The translations under genes were made by a program, and so were the position numbers. The notes beneath the pieces were generated by a model. It was not told where the DNA came from, made no database searches, and worked only from the letters and a program-made list of their open reading frames with translations. Positions 12,100 through 25,313 of a DNA stretch of 64,000 nt are shown here, piece by piece (the stretch's first letter is position 1; the number at the start of each line of letters is the position of its first letter). This stretch comes from Macrostomum lignano. Taxonomy: Eukaryota. The stretch covers positions 1 through 64,000 of the forward strand of contig NIVC01004017.1 of the NCBI GenBank assembly GCA_002269645.1, in the 5' to 3' direction.

Positions 12100-13035
12100 G
12101 GCGATTCTCATATGGGATTCGGGGCGACTCTCAGATGAGATTCAGGGCGACTCTTACATGAGATTCAGGGCGATTCTCACATGAGATTCAGGGCGACTCT
12201 CAGATGATATTCAGGGCGACTTTCAGATGAGATTCAGGGCGACTCTCAGATGAGATTCAGGGCGATTTCCACATGAGATTCAGGGCAATTCTCACATGAG
12301 ATTCAGGGCGACTTTCAGATGAGATTCAGGGCGATTCTCATATGAGATTCAGGGCGATTCTCACATGAGATTCAGGGCGATTCTCACATGAGATTCAGGG
12401 CGACTCTCAGATGAGATTCAGGGCGACTTTCAGATGAGATTCAGGGCGATTCTCATGAGATTCAGGGCGACTCTCAGATGAGATTCAGGGCGATTCTCAC
12501 ATGAGATTCAGGGCGACTTTCAGATGAGATTCAGGGCGATTCTCATGAGATTCAGGGCGACTCTAAGATGAGATTCAGGGCGATTCTCACATGAGATTCA
12601 GGGCAATTCTCACATGAGATTCAGGGCGACTCTCACATGAGATTCAGGGCGACTTTCAGATGAAATTCAGGGCGATTCTCACATGAGATTCAGGGCGACT
12701 CTCACATGAGATTCAGGGCGACTCTCATATGAAATTCAGGGCGATTCTCACATGAGATTCAAGGCGACTCTCACATGAGATTCAGGGCAATTCTCACATG
12801 AGATTCAGGGCGACTCTCACATGAGATTCAGGGCAATTCTCACATGAGATTCAGGGCGACTCTCACATGAGATTCAGGGCGATTCTCACATGAGATTCAG
12901 GGCGACTCTCACATGAGATTCAGGGCAATTCTCACATGAGATTCAGGGCGACTCTCACATGAGATTCAGGGCAATTCTCACATGAGATTCAGGCGACTCT
13001 CATATGAGATTCAGGGCGACTCTCACATGAGATTC
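12100..13035. repeat. 23-bp minisatellite (same family as 11283)
   Basis: Unit GAGATTCAGGGCGA(T/C)TCTCACAT; ends about 8 nt from the donor at 13048. Confidence 0.95.
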
Positions 13036-13048
13036 AAATGCAACTCAC

Positions 13049-13633
13049 GTCATCGCAGTCTGGCAGTTTGCCAATAGTAATTCGTTGATTCTTCAAAAAA
13101 TGATGAATTTTCTCCAGCCAGGCAGCCAAATGATGGAGCGACTGCGGATCAAATACTGGCGATGGGGAGGCTGAAGATGACGATAGAGGAGCAGCAGATG
13201 AGGACACAGTTTGAGGTCGTTGAGGCGTAATCGCGCTGGGACTCGCCGATTGGTTGGCCTCGGTGTACATAGCAACTAGTCGCAGCCAATCACTGGCTAG
13301 TGAGCGCATTCGAGTTTTTAACGAGTCGCTGACTCCACAGTCGCTGGCATTGTCCGGCCGGCCGTCCAGCATAGTTGAGTACCGTTCGGTTAATAATCGA
13401 TACTCGGTCTCTCGGTCGGACCAGTCTCTCGGGCTGATGTCCACCAGGGCCAGACGCTGCTCCGACGTCATGTCGCCAACCTGAGAAGTTGGAGTGCTGA
13501 CCAGCTGGTTGGCTATCCAAGACTCCAGGTCGTCTAGAGAGGCTTGGAACGCTTCTAGAGAGCAGATGTCGGATTCCAGAGCCAGCTGCCTCTCCGCTAC
13601 GGTCAGCTGCAGTTGGCTGTACAGATTGCCGAC
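13049..13633 (-). CDS. DMD: Dystrophin exon (about R19, hinge 3, start of R20)
   Basis: GCGCAG|GTC at 13634; GAC|GTGAGT at 13048; 'LAAWLEKIHHFLKNQRITIG' resembles human R20 start. Confidence 0.9.
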
Positions 13634-13721
13634 CTGCGCGCGTGTTCAAGAACAAAGTTTATACTACTTGTTTAGTTTGAAAAATCAGTAGTGCGATTTG
13701 CTTTTTATTATTATGGTTTCT

Positions 13722-14592
13722 AAAGATATGAAGTGTCGGAGAGATGAAATGTCGGAGATATGAATTGTCAGAGATATGAAGTGTCGGAGATATGGATTGT
13801 TGCAGATATGAAGTGTCGGAGATATGAAATGTCGGAGGTCCGAAGTGTCGGAGATATGAAATGTCGGAGGTATGAAATATCGGAGATATGAAATGTCTGA
13901 GATATGAGATGTCTTGAGATGTGAAGTTTCGGAGATATGAACTGTCAGAGATATGAAGTGTCGAAGATATGAAGTGTCGAAGATATGAAATGTCGGAGAT
14001 ATGAATTGTCAGAGATATGAAGTGTCGGAGATATGAAATGTCGGAGATATGAAATGTCGGAGATATGAAATGTCGGAGATATGAATTGTCAGAGATATGA
14101 AGTGTCGGAGATATGAAATGTCGGAGATATGAATTGTCAGAGATATGAAGTGTCGGAGATATGAATTGTCAGAGATATGAAGTGTCGGAGATATGGATTG
14201 TTGCAGATATGAAGTGTCGGAGATATGAAATGTCGGAGGTCCGAAGTGTCGGAGATATGAAATGTCGGAGGTATGAAATATCGGAGATATGAAATGTCTG
14301 AGATATGAGATGTCTTGAGATGTGAAGTTTCGGAGATATGAACTGTCAGAGATATGAAGTGTCGAAGATATGAAGTGTCGAAGATATGAAATGTCGGAGA
14401 TATGAATTGTCAGAGATATGAAGTGTCGGAGATATGAAATGTCGGAGATATGAAATGTCGGAGATATGAAATGTCGGAGATATGAATTGTCAGAGATATG
14501 AAGTGTCGGAGATATGAAATGTCGGAGATATGAATTGTCAGAGATATGAAGTGTCGGAGATATGAAATGTCGGAGATATGAAGTGTCGGAGA
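13722..14592. repeat. 16-bp minisatellite with about 401-bp higher-order duplication
   Basis: Unit GGAGATATGAA(A/G)TGTC; variant block TATGGATTGTTGCAG at 13791 and 14192. Confidence 0.92.
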
Positions 14593-14761
14593 TACGAAGC
14601 GAAGGAGTTTTGAAAGAAGCTGCTTTTCAGAGATATAAAGCCCCCGCTAAGAATTTAGGCGACAAAATTGAATATGATAAATATTTCTGGGAAATCAAGA
14701 AAATTGAGAAAATTATTAAACACATCTTGCTAAGAATTTACTAGGTAACAAAACAACAAAC

Positions 14762-15119
14762 CTTATCGGCTTTCTCTTTAAAAGCAGCAATCTGGTGCTG
14801 CTGCTGTGCCGCCGCAGGACCCGATGCCAGCCGCTCGCAAGCGCCCAGCAGTTCACTGACGCGAACACCCTCGGTCTCCAGGCCGGTCTGAACTCCGGCC
14901 AGTTCAGTCAGCAGTCGCCGGTGACCAGGCAGATCGTCCGCTAGCAATAATTGGCGCTTAGAATAGCGCTCGGCGCCAGACTCTACGGTAGCTTTGGCGC
15001 GAGTCAGCCAAGCCAGCAGGGAGTCGCATTCCTTTGTTAAATCCTCCAGCTGGGTGGCGGCCTCGGCAGACGGCAGGGAGCGAATCGAATGCGTCGGAGT
15101 TGACGTGACTGAGCTAGAC
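14762..15119 (-). CDS. DMD: Dystrophin exon (spectrin repeat)
   Basis: CCTCTCCAG|G at 15120 (phase 2); AAG|GTTTGT at 14761; 'DSLLAWLTRAKA'. Confidence 0.88.
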
Positions 15120-15269
15120 CTGGAGAGGTAAACAGTGGGAGTAAGACGACTCTATTGCTCTAGGATAATGCCTCGTCATCTAATTAGTGGTTTTTATGCG
15201 TACATCAAGGTTTGAATGTTTAAAAAGTCAAATCTTGTTACAGCGGTTGAGAAGGTCGCAAACAAGTAA

Positions 15270-15500
15270 TATTAATAAAATAATAATAATTGATTACACC
15301 TGCAGTTCAAAGGACGGTGGGGGGTCGCCACACACAGCCTCAATTACCCCAGCTAATGCTGACAGCCATTTTACAGCTGGGTGAACTGAAGCAATGCAGA
15401 GTTAAGTGTCTTGCTCAATGACACTAATTGTTCCTAAGGGGTCGAGAATCGAACCCCGACCTTTCAGTCGTGAGTGCCGACGCTCTAACCGATTACCGCA
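15270..15500 (-). mobile_element. tRNA-headed CORE-type SINE
   Basis: B box GGTTCGATTC; core GTGTCATTGAGCAAGACACTTAAC...CAGCTGTAAAATGG resembles the MIR CORE; (ATT)n tail; second copy at about 57240. Confidence 0.75.
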
Positions 15501-15939
15501 AATTCTAAGACTTTGTCCCACAACGAACGAACAAACATAGCCTTAAAACACTCGGCAGTTTTTTTAGAATTATTTCAGTAAAACACAGAACTGCTGCTAG
15601 TAGCAAGAGTAGCGAAACCGATCAATAACGGCCTTACTCCTCCAGTTATACAGGCTCTCACTCTCTCCACCCACAAGCAGCTATAGCCTGCCTCTCTAAT
15701 CTGGACAACTCGCGGATCGATTCTAAGAAAGAATATGCGCAGTTTTCTCTATTTCTATCTCTTACTAGTAGCGAGTTTGCTTACTCACTAACCCGTGTGT
15801 GTGCATAGAAGCTCCGCAAAGGAGATGCTTTATTGGACGGGCACAGATTTTTGTCAAAGGCAAGCTGCTTACATGCACTAGTTTTGTAGTGTGTAAATTG
15901 AATATTAAATTCACAATAGTTATTCATTTGGCTTTAGTG

Positions 15940-16670
15940 GTGTTTGTCTTAGTGTCTGTGTCTGCCTTAATGCCTGTTTCTGTCTGGGTGTCGATGTGTC
16001 TGCCTTAATGTCTGTGCCTTTCTTAGAGTCTGCCTTAGGCAGACAGACAGAGACTGTATGCCTATGTCTGTGTCTGTCTTATAGTGTCTGAGTCTTAGTG
16101 TCGATATGTCTGCCTTAATGTCTGTCTGTGTCTGTGTTAGCGTTTATATGTCTGCCTTAATTTATGTGTCTTAATGTCTGTCCTAGTGTCTGTGTCTGTC
16201 CTAGTGTCTGTCTGTCTCAGTGTCTGTGTCTGTCTTAGTGTCTGTGTCTGTCCTAGTGTCTGTCTGTCTCAGTGTCTGTGTCTGTCTCAGTGTCTGTGTC
16301 TGTCTTAGTGTCTATCCTAGTGTCTGTGTCTGTCCTATTGTCTGTGTCTGTCCTAGTGTCTGTGTCTGTCTCAGTGTCTGTGTCTGTCTTAGTGTCTGTG
16401 TCTGTCCTAGTGTCTGTCTGTCTCAGTGTCTGTGTCTGTCTCAGTGTCTGTGTCTGTCCTAGTGTCTGTCTGTCTCAGTGTCTGTGTCTGTCTTAGTGTC
16501 TGTGTCGTTCTTAGTGTCTGTGTCTGTCTCAGTGTCTGTGTCTGTCCTAGTGTCTGTGTCTGTCCTAGTGTCTGTGTCTGTCTCAGTGTCTGTGTCTGTC
16601 TTAGTGTCTGTGTCTGTCTTAGTGTCTGTGTCTGTCCTAGTGTCTGTGTCTGTCTTAGTGTCTGTCGGTC
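15940..16670. repeat. About 18-bp GTGTCT-based minisatellite
   Basis: Unit GTGTCTGTGTCTGTC(C/T)TA. Confidence 0.9.
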
Positions 16671-17659
16671 CAACTTTGTGTTTTAGCGTCTGTCTGTCTG
16701 TCTCTCTGTCTGCATTAGCATCCGCCAGTCATATCTGCCCATGCAACTTTTCCCGGAAAAATAGAATTAGTAATCCGAGTAGACAGCCGTGCATAACAGC
16801 GCATAGCAAATACATGATTGGGTACAAAAAAACTTGATACTCAAAACATTGTCGCCCAAACAGCAGGCCACGGAGGTGCGGGATTAGCCAATATCGAGAT
16901 GTTATTGGCCTGGTATTGTGTATTCACACGAGGATTTTTATTTGATTTTATATTGCATTTCTCGATCACGTCATACACTTCTCTGCCTCTCCCTCTCTTT
17001 ATCTCTGGCATTCTGCATCTCAGCTGCCATTCTCAAATGCATTTCTAGACGGGGGGGGTGCGAAAATTGCTACTGAAATTACCTACGCATTACAAGGCCC
17101 AAAATATCAATATGAAATATACTAAGCTAGGTTGCATTGAAACTACAATTAACTCCGGAATGCGGTGCCATATACTACTACAATGAAAAGTACTAAAATT
17201 TCCAGATCCCTGCAATACTAGTAAATAAAAAACACACTAAGCACTAATTAGGTAGCGAAAGACGCTGCTAGGTCAGGTAACCCCCCCCCACACACACCCT
17301 CATGCCAATCTTTCAACTGCTCCGTGTCCGCAGGCTAATTAAGGCTGGTCACCTCCGCGCAGTAGCCAAGTTAGCTGGATATCTGAAGAAGAGAAGCAAC
17401 CCCCCCCCCAAAAAAAAAGTTGCAATCAGAAAAACAGAAAGCAGGCACAGCGAAAATGAGAGACAGACGAAAAAAGATCAATTTTGGTTGGCGTAGAAAA
17501 CACAAGAGTGAATAGGAGCTCACACTTATCCTTATAGCGATTGTTCAGTTATGCGAAAATCTTATTAGAAAGCTTTCACAGCGGTGCTAACACATAGCTT
17601 TGAGACTAAGTTGCGATGTAAAGAAAGAGTAGGAAGTGAGAAAGAACTGCTAGAGCGAG

Positions 17660-18125
17660 ATAGAGACAAAGGGGGCAGTGAAGAGACGAGAGTGAAGGAA
17701 GGAGAGTGAAGAGACGGGAGTGAAAGGAGAGTGAAGAGACGAGAGTGAATGAAGGAGAGTGAAGAGACGGGAGTGAAGGAAGGATAGTGAAGAGACGGGA
17801 GTGAATGAAGGAGAGTGAAGAGACGGGAGTGGATGAAGGAGAGTGAAGAGACGGGTGTGAAGGAAGGAGAGTGAAGAGACGGGAGTGAAGGAAGGAGAGT
17901 GAAGAGACGGGAGTGAAGGAAGGAGAGTGAAGAGACGAGAGTGAAGGAAGGAGAGTGAAGAGACGGGAGTGAATGAAGGACAGTGAAGAGACGGGAGTGA
18001 AAGGAGAGTGAAGAGACGAGAGTGAATGAAGGAGAGTGAAGAGACGGAAGTGAAGGAAGGAGAGTGAAGAGACGGGAGTGAATGAAGGACAGTGAAGAGA
18101 CGGGAGTGAAGGAAGGAGAGTGAAA
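17660..18125. repeat. 28-bp purine-rich minisatellite
   Basis: Unit GAGAGTGAAGAGACGGGAGTGAAGGAAG. Confidence 0.92.
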
Positions 18126-19139
18126 AGAAGCGTGAGGGGAGTGGTCATTAGGAAGGGTAGATAGGTAAAATGAAAAGAGGAGAGTGATTAGTGACTAGAC
18201 AAGAGTGATTAGATAGAAGTGAACATATTTGAATGGAGAGATCATAAAAAACGCAGACTTTTTAAAACTAATGTTTGAGTAAAAGTCAAAGTCTAACACA
18301 CGAAAAAATACACAAATTCTCAAAAAAGAGAAACAGCGCTTGTGAACTCTAAAATACAAGAGAGCTATTCAACATAGAGACAGTTTCTGCCAGATATTAT
18401 TAGACACACAAAAAACAGACCAGCTGGATGCAGTCGGGGAGAAAGAAGTTAGTAAAGCCGCCAACAGGATGAAGGGGAAGAGAGAGATAGGGAGAGAGAG
18501 AGACAGATAAGAAAGACGAAAAAAAGCAAACGAGCATCTCCAATGCAGAGAATCTCCCTGAAATCTCTAGGGTAGAACGGCTCGCAAGGGGGGGGGCAGA
18601 GGACAGTCCCATGCGCACACTCAGGGGCAGGGGAAGGGTTAGACTGTTGGGATGAATTTAGAAGCTGATTGAATTGGGCAGAGCAAAGAGTCCCGGAACA
18701 ACTCCCAGATCTTCGCGTCAACTTCACGATCGTCAAAATCAGCCGGATAGAGAAGAAAAAAATAAGCGAGGTACAGCTTAAGACATGTACCGCTGGGTGC
18801 TCCTCTACACCGGTTTGATTGGGGGAATTGAACTGCCAGATCAGACTCTGCGTGATGATGGGATAAATAGGATAAATGGGATAAATTACTGGGCACCGGT
18901 CTGAGTATTTGTTGGTAAGCTAAGCTGTACTAATCTATATAATTGGAAAGTTTTGGAATTTTATTTTCTAAAATAAATCCTAAGCTATTCAGAGAACTTT
19001 ATAAAAGCTTGGATTAATTTTTTATGCTAAAAAAGTTCAGCTCAGCCTAGTTCTTAATAAGACAAGTAGACTTCTGACTAATACTTAGTCTACTACTAAG
19101 GTGTCAAACTTTCCATTCACATAAGGTCCTTATTTCACA

Positions 19140-19580
19140 AAAACCCTGCGATGTTGTTCACACAAACCCTGGAGGTCCATGCAAAACCCTGTAGTTCACA
19201 AAACCCCCGCAGTTCACACAAATCCTACAATTCACACAAACCCAGTTCACACAAATCCCTACAATTTACACGAACTCCTGCAGTTCACACAATCTCTAAA
19301 GTTCACACAAACCCCTGAAGTTCACACAAACCCCTATAGTTCACACAAACCACTGCAGTTCACACAAACCCCTGCAGTTCACACAAATCCTTACAATTTA
19401 AACAAACCACTGCAGTTCACACAACTCTCTACAGTTCCCATAAACCCATACTGTTCACACAAATCCCTACAATTCATATAAACCCTATGCAGTTCACACT
19501 AATCCCTACAGTTCACATAACCCCCTGGCAGTTCACACTAATCCCCACAGTTCACATAAACCCCTGCAGTTCACACCAAG
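19140..19580. repeat. Degenerate 19-bp minisatellite
   Basis: Unit TTCACACAAACCCCTGCAG. Confidence 0.85.
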
Positions 19581-19964
19581 ATGTCAAGGCTTACGGGGGG
19601 CATTTCTGAGATGCGAAGGCTAAGAGGTCAGAAGCTACATTTAGTTTATTCAAAAAATTACTTTATTATTTGTTGGCTCTCCAAATATTTGTCCCTGACA
19701 ATTTTACTCGAATAAGGGGATTTATAAAACTGAAGAAGGAATGCTTTTAAGAAATGTGCTTTCATTTTAAATGATTTACATAAATAATTTTCATCATTTG
19801 CTTATTGGCCGCCCCTTCGGGGGGGGGGCGCTAGATGGCTAGTCTAATATACTAAAAATGCTTCGTTTCCATATTGGGTATGCTACTGATTTAGACCTGT
19901 AGACAGATACTTAATTGATACACAGGCAGTGGCGGCAGTCCATGACAGTCGATCTGCCACTCAC

Positions 19965-20372
19965 ATCGCCTCAGCTTCACTGCCGATTACTAAGCGCGAC
20001 TTAATCTCTGCTGACAAATCTTTATCATTATTGGCGACATCTGTGAATGCTTGAGCAGTTAACACAGTCTGGCGACACTGGCGCAACAGGGTCAACACTT
20101 CCGACTTTGAGTACTGAGATTCGACGCAAATCAGCTGGCAATTCTGACTGGCCCTGCTGCTCAGGGCTGGCGATGACGAGCGAGTTTCAATAGCGGCATC
20201 GATTAATAGAGTTTCGGCTTCGGTTACTAGGGCTTCGATACGATTTAACAAACAGTTCGACTGGTTGCCAGGGGCAATGGAAGCTGAAGAGCAGCAAGAG
20301 CAGCAGGTACTGGTGACGCTGTGAAACTCCAGGATGAATTGGCGCCATCGACTCGCTGAGTTCATCCAGCGG
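19965..20372 (-). CDS. DMD: Dystrophin exon (divergent, Ser/Cys-rich; phase 2-2)
   Basis: ATTTTCAG|C at 20373; AT|GTGAGT at 19964; 408 nt open frame linking the phase-2 neighbours. Confidence 0.78.
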
Positions 20373-20614
20373 CTGAAAATTTTGTAATGTAAGGGCGAGA
20401 GTTATTACCACGGAAAAAAGTATTTTTAAATGCAAATAAACGAGAAAATAAATAAACAGCGTGTAAGAAGCTGAACTTTTATCTTTCATTAAAAAACCTT
20501 AATATTTTCCGATTTAAATTTTCACTTAAAAACATCTGTGATTTCTTTATTCTTAATCTCTGATTTCCAAATAATTTCTCCGATTTTTAGTCATTTTCTC
20601 CTCCTATTTTCAGT

Positions 20615-22295
20615 CTTTCTCTTCTCCCATTTTCACTCTCTCTTCTTTCATTTTCACTCTTTCCCTTTTCCCATTTTCACTCTTTTTCTTCTTCCATTTT
20701 CACTCTTTCCTTTCTCTTATTTTTACTCTTTCCTTTCTCCCATTTTCACTCTTTCTCTTCTCCCATTTTCACTCTTTCCCTTCTCCCATTTTCACTCTTT
20801 CTCTTCTTCCATTTTCACTCTTTCTCTTCTCCAATTTCACTCTTTCTCTTCTCCAATTTCACTCTTTCCTTTCTCCCATTTTAACTCTTTCCCTTCTCCC
20901 ATTTTCACTCTTTCCCTTCTCCCATTTTCACGCTTATCCTTCTCCCATTTTCACTCTTTTTCTTCTTCCATTTTCACTCTTTCCTTTCTCTTATTTTTAC
21001 TCTTTCCTTTCTCCCATTTTCACTCTTTCTCTTCTCCCATTTTCACTCTTTCCCTTCTCCCATTTTCACTCTTTCTCTTCTTCCATTTTCACTCTTTCTC
21101 TTCTCCAATTTCACTCTTTCTCTTCTCCAATTTCACTCTTTCCTTTCTCCCATTTTCACTCTTTCCCTTCTCCCATTTTCACGCTTATCCTTCTCCCATT
21201 TTCACTCTTTCTCTTCTCCCATTTTCACTCTTTCTCTTCTCCCATTTTCACTCTTTCTCTTCTCCCATTTTCACTCTTTCTCTTCTCCCATTTTCACTCT
21301 TTCTCTTCTCCAATTTCACTCTTTCTCTTCTCCAATTTCACTCTTTCTCTTCTCCCATTTTCACTCTTTCCATTCTCCATTTTCACTCTTTCTCTTCTCC
21401 CATTTTCACTCTTTCTCTTCTCCAATTTCACTCTTTCCCTTCTCCCATTTTCACTCTTTCTCTTCTTCCATTTTCACTCTTTCTCTTCTCCAATTTCACT
21501 CTTTCTCTTCTCCAATTTCACTCTTTCCTTTCTCCCATTTTCACTCTTTCCCTTCTTCCATTTTCACGCTTATCCTTCTCCCATTTTCACTCTTTCTCTT
21601 CTCCCATTTTCACTCTTTCTCTTCTCCCATTTTCACTCTTTCTCTTCTCCGATTTTCACTCTTTCTCTTCTCCAATTTCACTCTTTCTCTTCTCCAATTT
21701 AACTCTTTCTCTTCTCCCATTTTCACTCTTTCCATTCTCCAATTTCACTCTTTCCTTTCTCCCATTTTCACTCTTTCTCTTCTCCCATTTTCACTCTTTC
21801 CATTCTCCCATTTGCACGCTTATCCTTCTCTCATTTTCACTCTTTCCCTGCTCCCATTTTCACTCTTTCTCTTATTCCATTTTCACTCTTTCTCTTCTCC
21901 CATTTTCACTCTTTCTCTTCTCCAATTTCACTCTTTCTCTTCTCCAATTTCACTCTTTCTCTTCTCCCATTTTAACTCTTTCCCTTCTCCCATTTTCACT
22001 CTTTCCCTTCTCCCATTTTCACTCTTTCCCTTCTCCCATTTGTACTCTTTCTCTTATCTCATTTTTACTCTTTCCCTTCTCCCATTTTTACTCTTTCCCT
22101 TCTCCCATTTGTACTCTTTCTCTTATCCCATTTTTACTCTTTCCCTTCTCCCATTTTCACTCTTTCCCTTCTCCCATTTGTACTTTTTCTCTTATCCCAT
22201 TTTTACTCTTTCCCTTCTCCCATTTTTACTCTTTCCCTTCTCCCATTTTCACTCTTTCCCTTCTCCCATTTTCACTCTTAATTCACTTTTCAGCA
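20615..22295. repeat. 23-bp pyrimidine-rich minisatellite
   Basis: Unit TTTTCACTCTTTCCCTTCTCCCA. Confidence 0.95.
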
Positions 22296-22864
22296 TAGTT
22301 AAATGCAAGCTGAAAAAACATTTTAAAAATACAAAAAGCGCAGAATTCATTTTGATTTTGTCATCTACATACGCACAGCAATTAACAGGCAAAAACAGAC
22401 AATCAGCTTAAGCCCAAATATCGGCAATTTAGGCACCATACTGACAAAGAAAAACCAAGCACACGCTTATTAAAAAGATTGTTAAGCACACCAAAAGAAA
22501 ACTCGACAAAGATGTTAAAGCAGCGGAAAACCGGCAGAAAAGATTTGTCTTGCTTTGGTTCCAGAGAAAAAGCGGAGACGGACACAGGGACACAGAGAGA
22601 ATTGCGGCGATCCCAATGTGGCACATTAGCTGATGAGGAACAGCAGCTGTTATTAGCTGTGCAGTTTCTTCGGCATCAAGCAAATATTGGATGCAAGCCA
22701 AAGCAGAAGAGACTGAAGCCTCAGACTTTTAGCGCTGACGGGATACGCGTCCTCTAATGCTGCACATTGTAGTGCGAATTGCAGCGCAGGGATGCAGCTT
22801 TGCGAATCGCGTATGGCAATAGAATTTATGCATCAATTGGTCTGACCCAATGTTTATTAATCGG

Positions 22865-22971
22865 ACTGTCTGTCTGTCTACCTGTCTGTCTGTCCGTCTG
22901 ATTGTCCATCTGTCTGTCTGTGTGTCATAATGCCTGCTTGCCTGCCTGTTTGTCTGTCTGTCTGTCTGTCC

Positions 22972-23020
<49 letters not shown>

Positions 23021-23074
23021 GTCATCTGTCTGTCTGTCTGTGTCATCTGTCTGTCTGTCTCTGTCATCTGTCTG

Positions 23075-23120
<46 letters not shown>
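22865..23120. repeat. (TCTG)n microsatellite
   Basis: Direct inspection. Confidence 0.92.
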
Positions 23121-23121
<1 letters not shown>

Positions 23122-23739
23122 ATGTATTGACTATCCGCTGCTCAGCTGTCCTAATACACCCAGACCCGTACCAGCAACAGACTATATTTCAGTACCAATA
23201 ATGAAACAAAGCCAATTGTGCCAATGTGTAGTCAAAGCAAGCACGAGCCAGCCACCCCACCGATAGTTTATTTCTTTGATTAAAAAACATCTGTTCTAAC
23301 TAGCGCTTTTATAAATCTCGCAAAGTAATCTCATTATTAGGCCAAACACTTGAATGTCTGAAATATTTTTACTATTATAATTTTTCTTTCTTTGTCATTT
23401 GAGTGGCTTCATTTATCTATAAAGCGAGATCACGTGACCGGACACAGAGGCCGGGACAACTTTATCAGCAGCTTGGCTTTTCCAGCTATAAGCACGTCTA
23501 CAGCAATAGTAGACATTTGTAGTTATTATATGATTTACATAATAAATACTCATATATACATGTAATTGTGTACGCAAAGACCTTCACCATTATTTGCGTC
23601 ACGCAGAGTCCCGTTAAGCTGATCATAACTGTCAGTTTTAATCGCTCCTGCTGACTGTTGAATCCGTAAAGACAATGGGATGAGCAACATCTAATGTGAA
23701 TAAAGAAACATGAAAATAGATTGATAGATAATCGTATAT

Positions 23740-23931
23740 AGACAGACATGACAGACAGACAGACAGACATGACAGACAGAGAGACACTAAGACAGACAGG
23801 GACAGACAGAGAGACACTAAGACAGACAGGGACAGACAGACAGACAGACAGACAAAGGCAGACAGACAGACAGACAGGCAGACAGACAGACAGACACTAA
23901 GACAGACAGACACTAAGACAGACAGACACTA

Positions 23932-23994
<63 letters not shown>

Positions 23995-24295
23995 GAGACA
24001 CTAAGACAGACAGGGACAGACAGACAGACAGACAGACAGACAGGCAGGTAGGCAGGCAGGCAGGCAGGCAGACAGACAGGCAGGCAGACAGGCAGACAGG
24101 CAGGCAGACAGGCAGGCAGACAGACAGACAGACAGACAGGCAGGCAGACAGGCAGGCAGGCAGACAGACAGACAGACAGACAGACAGACAGGCAGGCAGG
24201 CAGACAGACAGACAGGCAGGCAGACAGGCAGGCAGGCAGACAGACAGACAGACAGACAGGCAGACAGACAGGCAGGCAGACAGACAGACAGGCAC
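23740..24295. repeat. (CAGA/CAGG)n microsatellite
   Basis: Direct inspection; inverted relative to 22865. Confidence 0.92.
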
Positions 24296-24799
24296 TCAAA
24301 CAATCCTCAGAGCAAGCGCAGCAGATATGATAGAAAATTCCCTAACAACAATACCCAGGCCAAACCCTAAAAATCAGAGCTCCCAGAGCACCAGTGAACG
24401 ATAAGTCAGTTGTGTACGCATGGCTAAACTTGAATTAACAAAAATCAACTCAACTAAACAGCACATGAGTTCAACCATTCATCGCTCCAGTTCATTCGAC
24501 TAAAAATAGGTGAGCAGTGAGCAGATGGCAATTTAACAGAAAAATAATCTCTCTTTTAAAGTGGCATCTTTTTCAATAGCATTGATCTACAAAGCTACTC
24601 GAGAAGAAGCTTGCAACGTGCATTATTATAAGCTTTTTGAGCTTGTCAGTTGAAAAAATGAAACTAGCTGCCATTCACTCCGCAATTCAAGATGAGCTAA
24701 GCGGATAGAAGTCTACTTTTCATCGCACACGCCACTTCAAATTTATGTTTTTCAGCATATTAAAAATTTCAACCTCAATTTGAAAAAAATATATTAACA

Positions 24800-25253
24800 T
24801 ATAGAGAAAAGAGAGTAGCAGGGATAGAAGAGAGAGAGAGAGTAGCAGAGATAGAAGAGAGAGAGAGAGTAGCAGAGATAGTAGAGAGAGAGAGTAGCAC
24901 AGAGAGAGAGAGAGAGTAGCACAGATGTAGAAGTGAGAGAGTAGCACAGAGATAGAAGAGAGAGAGAGTAGCACAGATGTAGAAGTAAGAGAGTAGCACA
25001 GAGAGAGAGAGAGAGTAGCACAGATGTAGAAGTGAGAGAGTAGCACAGAGATAGAAGAGAGAGAGAGAGTAGCACAGATGTAGAAGTGAGAGAGTAGCAC
25101 AGATATATAAGAGAGAGAGAGAGTAGCACAGATGTAGAAGTGAGAGAGTAGCACAGATATATAAGAGAGAGTAGCACAAATGTAGAAGTGAGAGAGTAGC
25201 ACAGATGTAGAAGTGAGAGAGTAACACGGAGAGAGAGAGAGTAGCACAGAGAT

Positions 25254-25313
<60 letters not shown>

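Noticed and set aside
18787-18890. Possible exon CAG|ACCGGTG...GCG|GTACAT
   Set aside because: No open frame fits the phase 2-2 context.
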